From: Thermogemmatispora carboxidivorans
GTDB taxonomy: Bacteria > Chloroflexota > Ktedonobacteria > Ktedonobacterales > Ktedonobacteraceae
Assembly: GCF_000702505.1 (NCBI RefSeq)
Contig: NZ_JNIM01000001.1
Location: 4,686,327-4,750,326 of the forward strand
DNA length: 64,000 nt
Direction: 5' to 3'
Each line of letters starts with the position of its first letter. Positions within the stretch are counted from its first letter, which is position 1. A program made the translations under genes and the position numbers. Below the pieces are notes generated by a model. That model had not been told where the DNA came from, ran no database searches, and saw nothing but the letters and a program-made list of their open reading frames with translations. Below are positions 43,843-53,741 of the stretch, piece by piece.

Positions 43843-45546
43843 TCAAGCACTCAGGCGCGTCTCTTCGGCGGCGAGCTGGCGCTCGACCTCCTGGCGATAG
43901 GCCGCTTTCAGGCGCTGCAGCTGGTCGGGAGACCAGCCATGCTCGCGGGCCATCAGCGAGGCAACCGCCTCAAGGGCCTGCAGGCCACGCTGTCGATCCT
44001 CCAGGAGGAGCGAAGTACGGCGGGCCAGCACATCGGCGGGCGTCATCGCCATCTCATAGCGGCAGGCGTAGACAACTTCAGCCTGAATATAGGGCAGATC
44101 AGCCACCAGGCGCTGGGCGAGTGTCGGCTCGTTGGCAATCAGCTCTAATATCTTGCCTGTCTCGGTGCCATAGCTCTGCAACAGGTGAGCCGTAACATCA
44201 CCCGCCAGACCGGCAGCTGCCGCCCGCTGCACAAGCTCAGGTCGCGCCAGCGACCACTCCTCGCCGCCAGCCAGGCGTAGCCGCAGCGTCGGATGACGAG
44301 GCTGGCGCCCCTCGCGCTCGTCGAGGCGATCCACCGTATCTTGAGCCATACGACGATAGGTCGTCAGCTTCCCGCCCACAATCGTCACCAGACCAGCCTC
44401 GTTCTCCAGCACGGCATGTGTCCGCGAGAGGCGGGCCGTGTCGCCCCCGCTCTGCTCGCGCGGCTTGAAGAGCGGACGATAGCCAGCGTAGCTGCTGATG
44501 ATCTGCTCGCGCGTCACCTGCAGCGACAGGTAGCGGTTGAGATGCTTCAGCAGGTAGGAGATATCCGCGGCATCAGGCAAAGGATGATCGAGATCACCAG
44601 AGCCCGTGTCAGTCGTCCCCACAATGACGCGCGACTGCCAGGGAACAACGAAGAGAATACGGCGATCTTCGGTCTCGGGGAGCACAATGGCGGCCTCGCC
44701 AACATGCAGATCGTCGCGCGAAAAGACCAGGTGGACGCCCTTACTTGGCTCGATGCCCACTTGCGGTCTCAAGCCACAGAGAGCCTCGACCCGTTCAGCG
44801 AAGACACCGGCGGCATTAACCACATGCCGGGCCTGGACCGCAATTTCAGCCCCATCGAGCATGTCACGTACACAGGCCCCACAGACGCGCCCCTGCTCAA
44901 GCTGAAGGCTCACCACTTCAGAGTAGTTGGCGATGACTGCGCCATAGCGGGCCGCCGTGCGGATGAGGGTCATCGTCAGACGGGCATCATTGGTCTGGGC
45001 ATCATAGTACAAGAAACCGCCTTTGAGACTGGTACTCACCAGGTCAGGGGCATAGCCTAGCACCTCCTGGCGGCTCAGGCGTCGATGACGCTCGATCCCG
45101 TAGCGACCCGCCATCAGGTCATAGAGCGTCAAGCCAACATCGAGGACGGCGCTCAAGCCCACCCCTCCAGGCGTGGTGAAGGGAATACCTACCGGATGAC
45201 GGTCTCCGCGATAGAGCGGCAACACAAAGGCCAGCGGCTGCACCAGAAAAGGGGCATTGTGCAGCAGCAGGCCACGCTCAACCAGGCTTTCGTGCACCAG
45301 CGGAAAATCAAAGTTGGGCAGATAGCGTATCCCGCCATGAACCAGTTTGGTCGACTTACTGCTGGTGCCGCCGGCAAAGTCGGCCTTCTCGACCAACGCA
45401 ACGCGGTAGCCACGCACGGCTGCCTCCAGAGCGACACCGGCACCGGTCACTCCGCCCCCAATGACCAGGACGTCGAAACGCTCCTGCTGCAGTGCGTTGA
45501 GGTTTTGACGGCGTGTGGTTGCTGATAGCAATTGCATGGCTCCCAT
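43843..45546 (-). CDS. glpD: FAD-dependent glycerol-3-phosphate dehydrogenase
   Basis: FDVLVIGGGVTGAGVALEAAVRGYRVALVEKADFAGGTSSKSTKLVHGGIRYL is the dinucleotide-binding fold. The C-terminal GlpD-specific helical domain is present. Confidence 0.9.
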   Translation of the reverse strand: MGAMQLLSATTRRQNLNALQQERFDVLVIGGGVTGAGVALEAAVRGYRVALVEKADFAGGTSSKSTKLVHGGIRYLPNFDFPLVHESLVERGLLLHNAPFLVQPLAFVLPLYRGDRHPVGIPFTTPGGVGLSAVLDVGLTLYDLMAGRYGIERHRRLSRQEVLGYAPDLVSTSLKGGFLYYDAQTNDARLTMTLIRTAARYGAVIANYSEVVSLQLEQGRVCGACVRDMLDGAEIAVQARHVVNAAGVFAERVEALCGLRPQVGIEPSKGVHLVFSRDDLHVGEAAIVLPETEDRRILFVVPWQSRVIVGTTDTGSGDLDHPLPDAADISYLLKHLNRYLSLQVTREQIISSYAGYRPLFKPREQSGGDTARLSRTHAVLENEAGLVTIVGGKLTTYRRMAQDTVDRLDEREGRQPRHPTLRLRLAGGEEWSLARPELVQRAAAAGLAGDVTAHLLQSYGTETGKILELIANEPTLAQRLVADLPYIQAEVVYACRYEMAMTPADVLARRTSLLLEDRQRGLQALEAVASLMAREHGWSPDQLQRLKAAYRQEVERQLAAEETRLSA

Positions 45547-46219
45547 CTGTAGAGATCTGGCCAGCGCCGGCCTGGGGCCGAACCACGTCCGCTGCTGGCG
45601 GCGCTTGCTCAGATGGCCACCACGCCACCTGAACAGGATCAGCCCCCAGCGCCCAGCCAGCGTACGCCCATTGCCCCACCAGCCCGCCCATCGGCGAACC
45701 AGTGGGGGCCGTCAAAGATGGATCGACCGACCGCTGGCGACTCTACGCTGCCCCCCACCGTCACCTCCACCGCTACGAGGCAGACATGCCACCCTGAATC
45801 AGGCCCCAACGACTCACTCGCCGCCAGAGGAGAGAGAGACCTGCCGGTCTCGCCCAGCGGACGAGTGAGCCGCTCAGCTACCCGAGCAGCCTGCAGCTGG
45901 CGGAACCTTGAGGATGTAGAGTAGACCGCTCATCATGATGCCATTCCAGGCCCACACAGCGGGATAGCCTTCGAGAGCGAAGGCCGTGCTGCTCTCCTCC
46001 CTGGCTGGACGATGCCAGCCCAGCGGAGCGGCGTGGAACAAGTGCACTTCCCGCCCCGACTGGCTCCAGCGACAGCGACGAGCACCCTTCAACGCTGCGT
46101 CGATCGATCCGATCTATGTCTCGGATCAGGTATCCTGCCAGCAGGTGGCGCAAGCGAATCAGCGAGCAAGGAGGAAGAGATGGGCCGAACAAGCGTATCT
46201 CTCGCTCGACCAACCCACC

Positions 46220-46840
46220 TCAGTGCGTCTCTGCCGACGAGCTACAGGCGCTGAGTATGGGCAGCCATTGATCAAGGCGAGTCACAGCCACCGCGCGGAC
46301 CCCGCTGGCCAGCACGGCGCGCAACTGATTGGCCCCATAGAGCAGGCCCGACGCCATATACGGCAGATCAAGGGTTGGTCTGAGCGCAGGCATAATGTAA
46401 GGCACCACATGCGCCGGCGTGAAGTCCAGCATATCGACCACGTCACGGTCCACCGACTCCAGAGCCATCTCCAGCCCAGTCGAATCGACCGCGAAGATAC
46501 GCTGGATGGCCTCCAGTCCCAGCTCATGAGCCAGCACCATCACTCTGGGGTGACTGGAAATGACGCCCCGGATGTGAAAGTGGCTCGCAAGATGGCGCAG
46601 ACCCGCATAATCGGCATTGACGCCATCGATGTGATCCATATTCACATAGAGGGCATAGCCGCTGCGATGGGCGCGCTCAACCAGTGCCTTGAATTCAAAC
46701 AGATTGCAGTGTCTGAGCAGAATAGCCCGCACCGCCGGCGTCTCCAGCGCCTGTACAAAGCGCGGGCGGGTTTCCACAACGGGCACCAGCACGCTGGAGG
46801 CCGGTAGGTTGAGCAGTGATACACCGGACTGCATACGCAT
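46220..46840 (-). CDS. glpP: Glycerol-3-phosphate responsive antiterminator, GlpP family
   Basis: ...AIQRIFAVDSTGLEMALESV...LDFTPAHVVPYIMPAL... resembles the B. subtilis GlpP blocks (AIQRLFMLDS...). It is directly upstream of glpD with a ~670-nt gap. Confidence 0.7.
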   Translation of the reverse strand: MRMQSGVSLLNLPASSVLVPVVETRPRFVQALETPAVRAILLRHCNLFEFKALVERAHRSGYALYVNMDHIDGVNADYAGLRHLASHFHIRGVISSHPRVMVLAHELGLEAIQRIFAVDSTGLEMALESVDRDVVDMLDFTPAHVVPYIMPALRPTLDLPYMASGLLYGANQLRAVLASGVRAVAVTRLDQWLPILSACSSSAETH

Positions 46841-47116
46841 CACCCATCTCGCACGTGCCTGGGACAAACGCCTGAAAAACAATAAAGTCCTGAGCCTGCC
46901 ACACTCGTGGCAGCGCCAGGACTTCTCAAGTCTCTGTCCGGACGATATTCGCAATGATCAATCACACCGGGGAGAAGGACCCTCCTCCCCGCTGCGCTGT
47001 ACCTGCTGGTTAGGACAGCCTTTACGCAAGTAATCATACCTGTCCCAGGTACTTTCTGTCAAGTGGCAGCCGTACCCTGGTAGGCGCCACGCTTTCTTTG
47101 CTACAATGAGAGCGGA

Positions 47117-47692
47117 ATGACCAGAGAGGAGTTTCTCAGGCTGGCCCGCGTCCATCCTGTGGCCGCGGCCATCAAGGCAGAGGAGGACTGGACTCCGGCC
47201 CTGGAGAGCCGGGCCTGCCTGCTCTTTGCCCGGCACGGAGATGCCTTCGCACTGGAGCCACTGGTTGAGCAGGCCCATGCCCGGGGGAAGGGCGTTGTTG
47301 CGCATCTCGACCTGCTGGCCGGCATCGGCAAGGACCGCGCCGGTCTCGCCTATTTGCGCCACATCGGCCTTGATGCCGTGATTACCAGCCGCCCCTCCCT
47401 GGTAGGCATTGCCAGAGCCGAGGGCCTGCTGACCATCCAACCCCTGCTGTTGACCGAAGAGCTGGCCCTGACCAGCTGTATCCACCAGATTGCGCAGGCT
47501 CAGCCCGACCTGATCGAGGTCCTCCCGGGGATCATCTTCCCCGACTTCGCCCGCACTGTGCGCGCCCTCCTCCCCGGCCCTTTCATCGCCGGCGGCTTCA
47601 TCCGCACCCCCCAGGAGGTCGCCCGCCTGCTGGCGACCGGCTGCGTGTTGATCAGCAGCAGCGCTCGCCAGCTCTGGCAAGCGGCAGCCTAG
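47117..47692 (+). CDS. GlpP-family antiterminator paralog
   Basis: ...TIQPLLLTEELALTSCIHQIAQAQPDLIEVLPGIIFPDFARTV...FIAGGFIRTPQEVARLLATGCVLISSS matches the G3P_antiterm fold. It converges on ptsH with a 4-nt overlap. Confidence 0.7.
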   Translation: MTREEFLRLARVHPVAAAIKAEEDWTPALESRACLLFARHGDAFALEPLVEQAHARGKGVVAHLDLLAGIGKDRAGLAYLRHIGLDAVITSRPSLVGIARAEGLLTIQPLLLTEELALTSCIHQIAQAQPDLIEVLPGIIFPDFARTVRALLPGPFIAGGFIRTPQEVARLLATGCVLISSSARQLWQAAA

Positions 47693-48021
47693 GCAGGGGC
47701 CTCGCTGGAGACTCCTGTAGTGCTCTCTCCCTGCCGCCTATCAGCTTCTTCTGCCTCGTCGAAGTTGCGCTGGACCAGCTCGGCAATGGAACGTACCGCC
47801 TCCTCGGCGTCCTCTCCCTCCGCGCGTACATGAATGGTGCTTCCACAGCGCGCTCCCAGTCGGAGTACGCCCACGATGCTCTTGGCATTGACCGTCTGCG
47901 TTCCATACTGGAGCAGGATCTGCGACTGAAAGAGGGCCGCAGTCTGCACCAGCAGGCGGGCTGGACGGGCATGCAGACCCACTTTGTTGGTGATAAGCAG
48001 ATTGCGTTCTACAACGGGCAT
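47689..48021 (-). CDS. ptsH: Phosphocarrier protein HPr
   Basis: MPVVERNLLITNKVGLHARPARLL... with the active-site His in GLHARPA and a Ser-46-like region (NAKSIVGVLRLG). Confidence 0.85.
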   Translation of the reverse strand: MPVVERNLLITNKVGLHARPARLLVQTAALFQSQILLQYGTQTVNAKSIVGVLRLGARCGSTIHVRAEGEDAEEAVRSIAELVQRNFDEAEEADRRQGESTTGVSSEAPA

Positions 48022-48151
48022 GATCGGTCTCTTTCTCCCTTCCTCTCACCTCTGCCCAGTGAGTGCTTTGCTCAGCGGGGCTCTCTCGGGGAAACCCGGC
48101 TGTTCTTCTCGTCCTGTTGTGAAACCTTCTGCCAGCAGGCTGGCCGGCCTT

Positions 48152-48613
48152 TTATGTCCTGTCCCCGGCGGGCTTATCGTCGGGGGCTGTCTCCTCGGTT
48201 GCCTGGCCTTCCGCCACAGGCAACTTTGGCAGGGTGGTGGCTGCCATCGCTGCCTCGGCTACCGCCGGCAGTGGACTGCCGATCGAGGCCTCCACAGCGG
48301 CCACCACTGCCCCTTCAACCAGGGGGGCGCTACTAATCATCACTGGGCAGTCATGATCTTGCTTGAAGAGTTCCAGCGCCATCTCGGCGGCAAGGCCAGC
48401 GCTGCCGAGATCGAGTAAGACCAGGACTCCCTCGGGACTGGCCGCCTGCCGCAGGGCCTGGAGGATTTTGTCGACCGAGGTGCCGAGTCCTCCTTCGGCA
48501 GTGCCTCCCGCCGGCGCAATCACGACCTTGCCCTGCGCCATCTGGCCCGCTAGCTCCACGACGCCCTCGGCCAGACGCGCACTATGCGAGACAATCACTA
48601 AGCCAACCGTCAT
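48152..48613 (-). CDS. dhaM: Dihydroxyacetone kinase phosphotransfer subunit (mannose-type EIIA domain)
   Basis: ATG at 48613 with GAGGAG RBS. MTVGLVIVSHSARLAEGVVELAGQM, with the EIIA-Man His in VSHS. Confidence 0.75.
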   Translation of the reverse strand: MTVGLVIVSHSARLAEGVVELAGQMAQGKVVIAPAGGTAEGGLGTSVDKILQALRQAASPEGVLVLLDLGSAGLAAEMALELFKQDHDCPVMISSAPLVEGAVVAAVEASIGSPLPAVAEAAMAATTLPKLPVAEGQATEETAPDDKPAGDRT

Positions 48614-48960
48614 TGGAATATTCTCCTCGCCATGAGCAACAGAGGAGGGCCAGCTCTGGGCCACCTGCCACGGTTTCGAAGCGCCGTCAGCTTAGCCTGC
48701 CTGTCTGCCTGATCTGACCTGGTCACAGCGACTCGCCCTTGCTCTACCCTCAAGGCCGATAGAAACCATTCCCCGCTTGCCTTGTGGAAGCGAGGCTCTC
48801 TCAGGTAGTCGTTCGATCGTTGCCACCTGTCCTGCGTCAACCTATCCCAGTGGGTCCCTCAAACCAGGTAGCGGGCCACATGGCTGGTAGCCAGGTGGCG
48901 CGATAGATAGAGAGGCAGGTAGGCTGACAGCAATGCTCAAGCCGACGGGGAGGCACCGGC

Positions 48961-49587
48961 TCAGTCAGCAACTTCGGCGAGCGTCTTCAGCAGCAGCCAG
49001 CTGGAGGTCGCGCCCGGGTCCTGGTGACCGATGCTGCGCTCGCCCAAATAGCTAGCCCGGCCCTTGGTGGCCTGCATGGGGATCGTCGCCTTCATGCCTT
49101 CCTCAGCGGCCTCAGCGGCGCGGCGCAGCAGCACGGCCAGGCCCTCATGCTGCTCCTGGGCCTTGCGGGCTGCTGCCAGAGCTGGCTCCAGGGCGTCGAC
49201 CATTGTCTTCTCCCCCGTATGAGCCTTGCCGCGGGCTTTGATCCCATCCAGGGCCGCCTGCAGCATCTCGATGACGTCCGCCTCGTCCAGCTCATGCTTA
49301 CCAGCGGTTACCATCCCAGCGCGCAGAAAGGCCGTTCCGTAGAGCGGGCCACTGGCGCCGCCCACCGTCGAAACCAGAGTTGTCCCGACGGTCTTCAGGA
49401 TGGAACCGATATCCATGCCGCTCAGTGAAGGCAGCTTGTCGAGAACAGCGCGAAAACCGCGATCCATGTTGACGCCATGATCAGCATCGCCGATCGGAGC
49501 GTCAAGCTGGGTGAGATAATCACGCTGCTCGTGAAAAACCTGGGCCGTTTGCGTTATCCAGCGTAAGACATCCTCTGTTGTGATTGG
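48961..49587 (-). CDS. dhaL: Dihydroxyacetone kinase ADP-binding subunit
   Basis: MPITTEDVLRWI...LTQLDAPIGDADHGVNM... is the Dak2 domain signature (DADHG). Confidence 0.88.
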   Translation of the reverse strand, partial: PITTEDVLRWITQTAQVFHEQRDYLTQLDAPIGDADHGVNMDRGFRAVLDKLPSLSGMDIGSILKTVGTTLVSTVGGASGPLYGTAFLRAGMVTAGKHELDEADVIEMLQAALDGIKARGKAHTGEKTMVDALEPALAAARKAQEQHEGLAVLLRRAAEAAEEGMKATIPMQATKGRASYLGERSIGHQDPGATSSWLLLKTLAEVAD

Positions 49588-49885
49588 CATAGCCTGCTCT
49601 CCTCCGTAGTGTTGGGGTGCGGGTGCGGGTCGCTCTGACAGCGCGAGCGTCATTGTCGTCGGAGCGGGTAATAGCGAGTGTGACGGGAGTGGCTTGCTGG
49701 CGCTCTTCTTGACGGAAGGCCAGGCCGCTGGCAGCAGCGACCGGCTGAGGCATAGAGCAAGGCAAGGGGTGGGCGCTAGCAGGTAGACCCTTGCCCCGCT
49801 CCTGCCCGGTTGGCCCTGTCAAGCCAGCCTGGACACGAGGGCAAGCCAGCCAACAAGCACAGCTCGACCGTCAGCCCGGTCCGGC

Positions 49886-50887
49886 TCAGATCCCCCAGCG
49901 CAGGGCTGGAGTCAGCACAGGGGCATCCCAGTAGCGCAGCATCTCGTCATCGACGCGCAGCAGCGTAATAGAGCAGCCAGCCATCTCTAACGAGGTGATA
50001 TAGCTGCCTACCAGGGAACGGGCGATTGTAATGTTGCGCCCCTTGAGAATACGCGCCAGCTCGCGCGCGACAATGTAGAGTTCGATTAAAGGTGTGCCCC
50101 CCATGCCATTGACAAAGGCCAGGACGCGCTCGCCGGCCTTCAGGCCGAGGTCCTCGATAATGGGATTGGCCAGCATCTCGACGATGTCGGCTGCTGGGGC
50201 CAGTTTGACGCGCCGGCGCCCGGGTTCGCCGTGGATGCCAATACCGATCTCCATCTCGTCCTCGCCCAGCTCAAAGGTGGGCGAACCCTTGGCGGGAACG
50301 GTGCAGGAGGTCAGGGCCATGCCCATGCTGCGCCCCTGCTCGTTGACGCGCTTGGCCAGGGCCGCCACCTGCTCCAACGAGGCCCCGCTCTCAGCGAGAC
50401 CCCCGACGATCTTCTCCAGGAGAACGGTGACACCGACTCCGCGCCGACCGGCGGTGTAGAGGCTGTCCTCAACAGCTACGTCATCATTGGTGATGACACT
50501 GGCGACTTCGATGCCTTCGGCCTGGGCTAGCTCCGCCGCCATTTCAAAGTTGAGGACGTCACCCGTGTAGTTCTTGATAATCTGGAAGACGCCAGCCCCG
50601 CCATTGACGGCCCGCATGGCTGCGAGAATCTGGTCGGGAACTGGTGAAGTGAAGATCGCGCCAGGACAGGCGGCATCAAGCATGCCTCTCCCCACAAATC
50701 CCCCATGCATTGGCTCATGACCGCTGCCCCCTCCCGAGACAACGCCTACTTTGCCCCGCACCGGTGCGTCTGCCCGCACAACGATCTGATTCTCCAGATC
50801 GACGCGGATCAGCTCGGGATGCATGGCAGCCATGCCTTCTAGCGCTTCTTTGACGACCGTCTCTGGACTGTTGATGAGCTTCTTCAT
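49886..50887 (-). CDS. dhaK: Dihydroxyacetone kinase DHA-binding subunit
   Basis: ATG near 50887 preceded by [19 protein letters not shown]...[38 protein letters not shown]... is the Dak1 signature with the active-site His. Confidence 0.92.
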   Translation of the reverse strand: MKKLINSPETVVKEALEGMAAMHPELIRVDLENQIVVRADAPVRGKVGVVSGGGSGHEPMHGGFVGRGMLDAACPGAIFTSPVPDQILAAMRAVNGGAGVFQIIKNYTGDVLNFEMAAELAQAEGIEVASVITNDDVAVEDSLYTAGRRGVGVTVLLEKIVGGLAESGASLEQVAALAKRVNEQGRSMGMALTSCTVPAKGSPTFELGEDEMEIGIGIHGEPGRRRVKLAPAADIVEMLANPIIEDLGLKAGERVLAFVNGMGGTPLIELYIVARELARILKGRNITIARSLVGSYITSLEMAGCSITLLRVDDEMLRYWDAPVLTPALRWGI

Positions 50888-51158
50888 GCTGCCTCCTTTT
50901 CCCAGAAGTCGAGGGCCGCTTCGTTGCCCTCCTCTGACCTCGACAGCGACTCCGCTGCTCCCTCCTTCCCCACGTCGCCCACCGCTCTCCGCTCCGCTTG
51001 AGAGCCGCTCACCGGTCTGCCATTGCCTGCGGAGACCTTCCTCCGCCGCCAATGGCCTTCTTCAGCACATCTGCTCGGCCAGGCAGGCGCCCACGCCCGC
51101 CTGCCCCCCACTCGCTAGAGATGAGAGCCTCTGGCTTTGCCTGTCTACTCTTTAGACA

Positions 51159-51174
51159 TGCAAGATTCGTGCCA
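51159..51174 (-). promoter_or_regulatory. Sigma-54 (-24/-12) promoter for the dhaK-dhaL-dhaM-ptsH operon
   Basis: Plus strand TGCAAGATTCGTGCCA reads on the minus strand as TGGCAC-GAATC-TTGCA, an exact match to the TGGCAC-N5-TTGCW consensus. It lies ~270 bp upstream of dhaK, with a sigma-54 activator gene adjacent. Confidence 0.65.
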
Positions 51175-51252
51175 GCTTTCCCCGGCGCGTGGGAAGAGGC
51201 TCCCGACAGGTCACCGCACACCCACCCCACGCTCTGCCATCGCTTCAGGAGC

Positions 51253-51321
51253 GTTGCATCATTGCAACAGCTCGCTGGTTCAGTTTCATTATTGAAACAT
51301 GCGTTGTTTCACTATGGCAAC
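51253..51321. promoter_or_regulatory. Three related inverted-repeat sites (GTTGCA-tcat-TGCAAC; GTTTCA-ttat-TGAAAC; GTTTCA-ctat-GGCAAC), candidate upstream activating sequences for the adjacent enhancer-binding protein
   Basis: Read directly: 51253-51268, 51283-51298, 51306-51321. Consensus GTT(G/T)CA-N4-TG(C/A)AAC, 80-160 bp upstream of the sigma-54 promoter. Confidence 0.45.
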
Positions 51322-53480
51322 ACCTCACCCGGGCCAGAGGCCGGGAAGGAGGAGGCGCCGGGAATGGGGCGCAAGCCGTAGCGCACCATCTTGCGCCACA
51401 GGGTCGTCCGGCTAATGCCGAGCAGGCGCGCTGCTTCGCCTGGGTGGCCATGACAGTGCTCCAGCGCTTGCAGAATGGCATTGGCTTCTGTTGAGCGACT
51501 GCGTTCTTTGAGTGGCTGGCGCCCTGGTAGAGCTGGCTGGGGTTGCCACTCCTTTGCGCCTGGCTGATCCTGGCCCATCTGCCGGACAAGAGACGGGACC
51601 TCGGGCGAGGCTGGGGCTGAAGATGTACTCGCCAGCTCAGTCTCGGCAGCCTGGCGGATCTCCGGCGGTAGATCCTGCACGGTAATAGTATCGGAGCGCG
51701 CCAGGTAGGTGAGGCGCTCCAGGAGGTTTTCCAGCTCGCGCACGTTGCCCGGCCAGCTATAGCGCTCCATCAGGGCCAGAGCCTCTGGTGTGATGCCAAA
51801 GGAGCGGCCCAGGGTCCGGCTCTGTCGCTGCAGAAAGTGCTCAACCAGCAGGGGCAGATCTTCCAGGCGCTGGCGTAACGATGGGATATGAATAGAGAGG
51901 ACATTGAGGCGATAATAGAGATCGGAGCGAAAGGTTCCGCGCCGCACCTCTTCACGGAGATCCTTATGGGTGGCGGCGATGATGCGCACGTCGACGGGTA
52001 TGACGCGCTGTCCTCCAATGCGCACAATGGTGCGCGTTTCAATGGCCCGCAGCAGGGTGGTCTGCAGGTCCAGGGGCATGTCGCCGATCTCATCGAGGAA
52101 GAGGGTGCCACCGTGGGCCTGCTCGAACTTGCCCGAGCGCCCCTGGCGGTCTGCGCCGGTGAAGGAGCCGCCTTCGTAGCCAAAGAGTTCAGTGTTGATC
52201 AGCTCGCGCGGAATGGCGGCGCAGTTGATGGCCACGAAAGGGCCGTCGGCTCGGGGGCTGTTGTTATGGATGCTCTGGGCAAAGATCTCTTTGCCAACGC
52301 CGGTCTCACCGTGCAAGAGAACCGTGGAGTTGCTATGCGAGGCCAGGCGTGCCAGACGCAGGGCTTCTTGCAGCGGGGCGCTGCTCCCTACAACGTTGGC
52401 AAAGGTCAGACGCGCCCGCGCGCCGGTCATTCTGTTGACGAGCTTTTGCACGCGCTCGATGCTGCGCAGGATCAGCACGAAGCCATCGGAGATCAGTGGG
52501 CCCCCCGATGTACTGCTACCGCCCACCGTCAGGCGCCCCAGGACCGGCTCGGGTTCGCCCGCAGTGAGGGCGATGGGCTTGAGCGAGCAGAGGCAGGTGA
52601 CACGGCCCCGCGCTGTTTCAAAGACGACCTCTTCCTCGTTCAGGGGCTGCTGACAGGCGAGCGCTTGCTGGAGTAGTGGGGGCAGCGGCAGGACGTCGCG
52701 CAGGCGCCGCCCCATCACGCGCGCTGGCACCAGTCCAAGCAGGGTGCCGGCAGGCCCGTTCATCTGGGAGATGACGCCATCGCGCCGCAGCAGGAGAATG
52801 CCCTCTGGCAAGCTCTGGAGAATAATTTTGAGCTCCGCGAGCAGCTCGTTGGCGTTGCCGAGCCAGACCTGCATCTGAAGCTGACCGCTGATGACCTGGG
52901 CTGCGGCGGCCACCATCCCGAGGGTGTGAGGATGGCTGCGCTCACAGGGACCCGCTACCGCCAGAACTCCAATCGCTTGCCCGAGGGGATCGTGCACCGG
53001 TGCGGCAGCGGTGTAGAGAGCATGCAGGGCGGAGCGGTAATGCATGGCTCCCTCTAGCTGCATGGGGAATGACTCTTGTAGGGCCAGGGCCAGGGCATTC
53101 GCCCCTTGTTGCTCTTCATCCCACAGTGTTCCCACACGCATCCCCAATGGTTCCAACCGGGCGCGCACTTCAGGATCACCGATCAGCTCGATGATGCGCG
53201 CCTCGGCGTTGGCAAAGAGGACCAGCGAGTCCGATCCTTCGATGAATTGATAGAGGTCCTCCATCGCCGGACGAATGAGGGCCAGCAGGCGGCGTGAGAG
53301 CGGTTGCGGGGCCGCGGGGCCGGAGTCTGGCGCTGGTGGCTGGCCACAGGGATCAAGGCCCAGCGCCGCGCAACGCCGCCAGGACTGCGCCAGAGCCGGC
53401 GGCAGCAGCTCCTCGCGTAGACGCCCCTGCAGAACAAATTGTTCCCAGATCGCGCGATAATCCTGGACGCTGCTGAGCAT
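51312..53480 (-). CDS. Sigma-54-dependent transcriptional activator (sensory N-terminal domains + AAA+ sigma-54 interaction domain + Fis-type HTH); DhaR/AcoR-like
   Basis: AAA+ Walker A VLLHGETGVGKE. GAFTGA-type motif in ELFGYEGGSFTGA. Walker B/arginine finger region GTLFLDEIGDMPLDLQTTLLRAIE. C-terminal HTH AARLLGISRTTLWRKM. Confidence 0.88.
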   Translation of the reverse strand: MLSSVQDYRAIWEQFVLQGRLREELLPPALAQSWRRCAALGLDPCGQPPAPDSGPAAPQPLSRRLLALIRPAMEDLYQFIEGSDSLVLFANAEARIIELIGDPEVRARLEPLGMRVGTLWDEEQQGANALALALQESFPMQLEGAMHYRSALHALYTAAAPVHDPLGQAIGVLAVAGPCERSHPHTLGMVAAAAQVISGQLQMQVWLGNANELLAELKIILQSLPEGILLLRRDGVISQMNGPAGTLLGLVPARVMGRRLRDVLPLPPLLQQALACQQPLNEEEVVFETARGRVTCLCSLKPIALTAGEPEPVLGRLTVGGSSTSGGPLISDGFVLILRSIERVQKLVNRMTGARARLTFANVVGSSAPLQEALRLARLASHSNSTVLLHGETGVGKEIFAQSIHNNSPRADGPFVAINCAAIPRELINTELFGYEGGSFTGADRQGRSGKFEQAHGGTLFLDEIGDMPLDLQTTLLRAIETRTIVRIGGQRVIPVDVRIIAATHKDLREEVRRGTFRSDLYYRLNVLSIHIPSLRQRLEDLPLLVEHFLQRQSRTLGRSFGITPEALALMERYSWPGNVRELENLLERLTYLARSDTITVQDLPPEIRQAAETELASTSSAPASPEVPSLVRQMGQDQPGAKEWQPQPALPGRQPLKERSRSTEANAILQALEHCHGHPGEAARLLGISRTTLWRKMVRYGLRPIPGASSFPASGPGEVLP

Positions 53481-53741
53481 GTTCCCTCCCTCCCTCTCCG
53501 GGCCGTTGGCGCGGCTGCGGTATCGCTCGCCTCCACTGGCCTCTGATCAGACAGCGGTCACGGAGGAAGCGACAGCTGGGACAGTCCGCGGCTTTGGCTG
53601 GTCTGGATAGTACAGTATAGCACAGCGCTGGCCCCACCAGAGTTCTTCCCTGGCAGAGCCAGCGCCTTCTTCCTTCATCGGCTCACAGGTCAACCAATCA
53701 GCCGCCTGGCTGATCTGCCCCGCGTGGCCTGGTGGTCAGGC

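Noticed and set aside
48610-48840. 76-aa minus-strand ORF in the dhaL-dhaM spacer (and 49520..49822 in the dhaK-dhaL spacer)
   Set aside because: No RBS, a basic low-complexity translation, and overlap with the well-supported dhaM start. The spacers are treated as non-coding.
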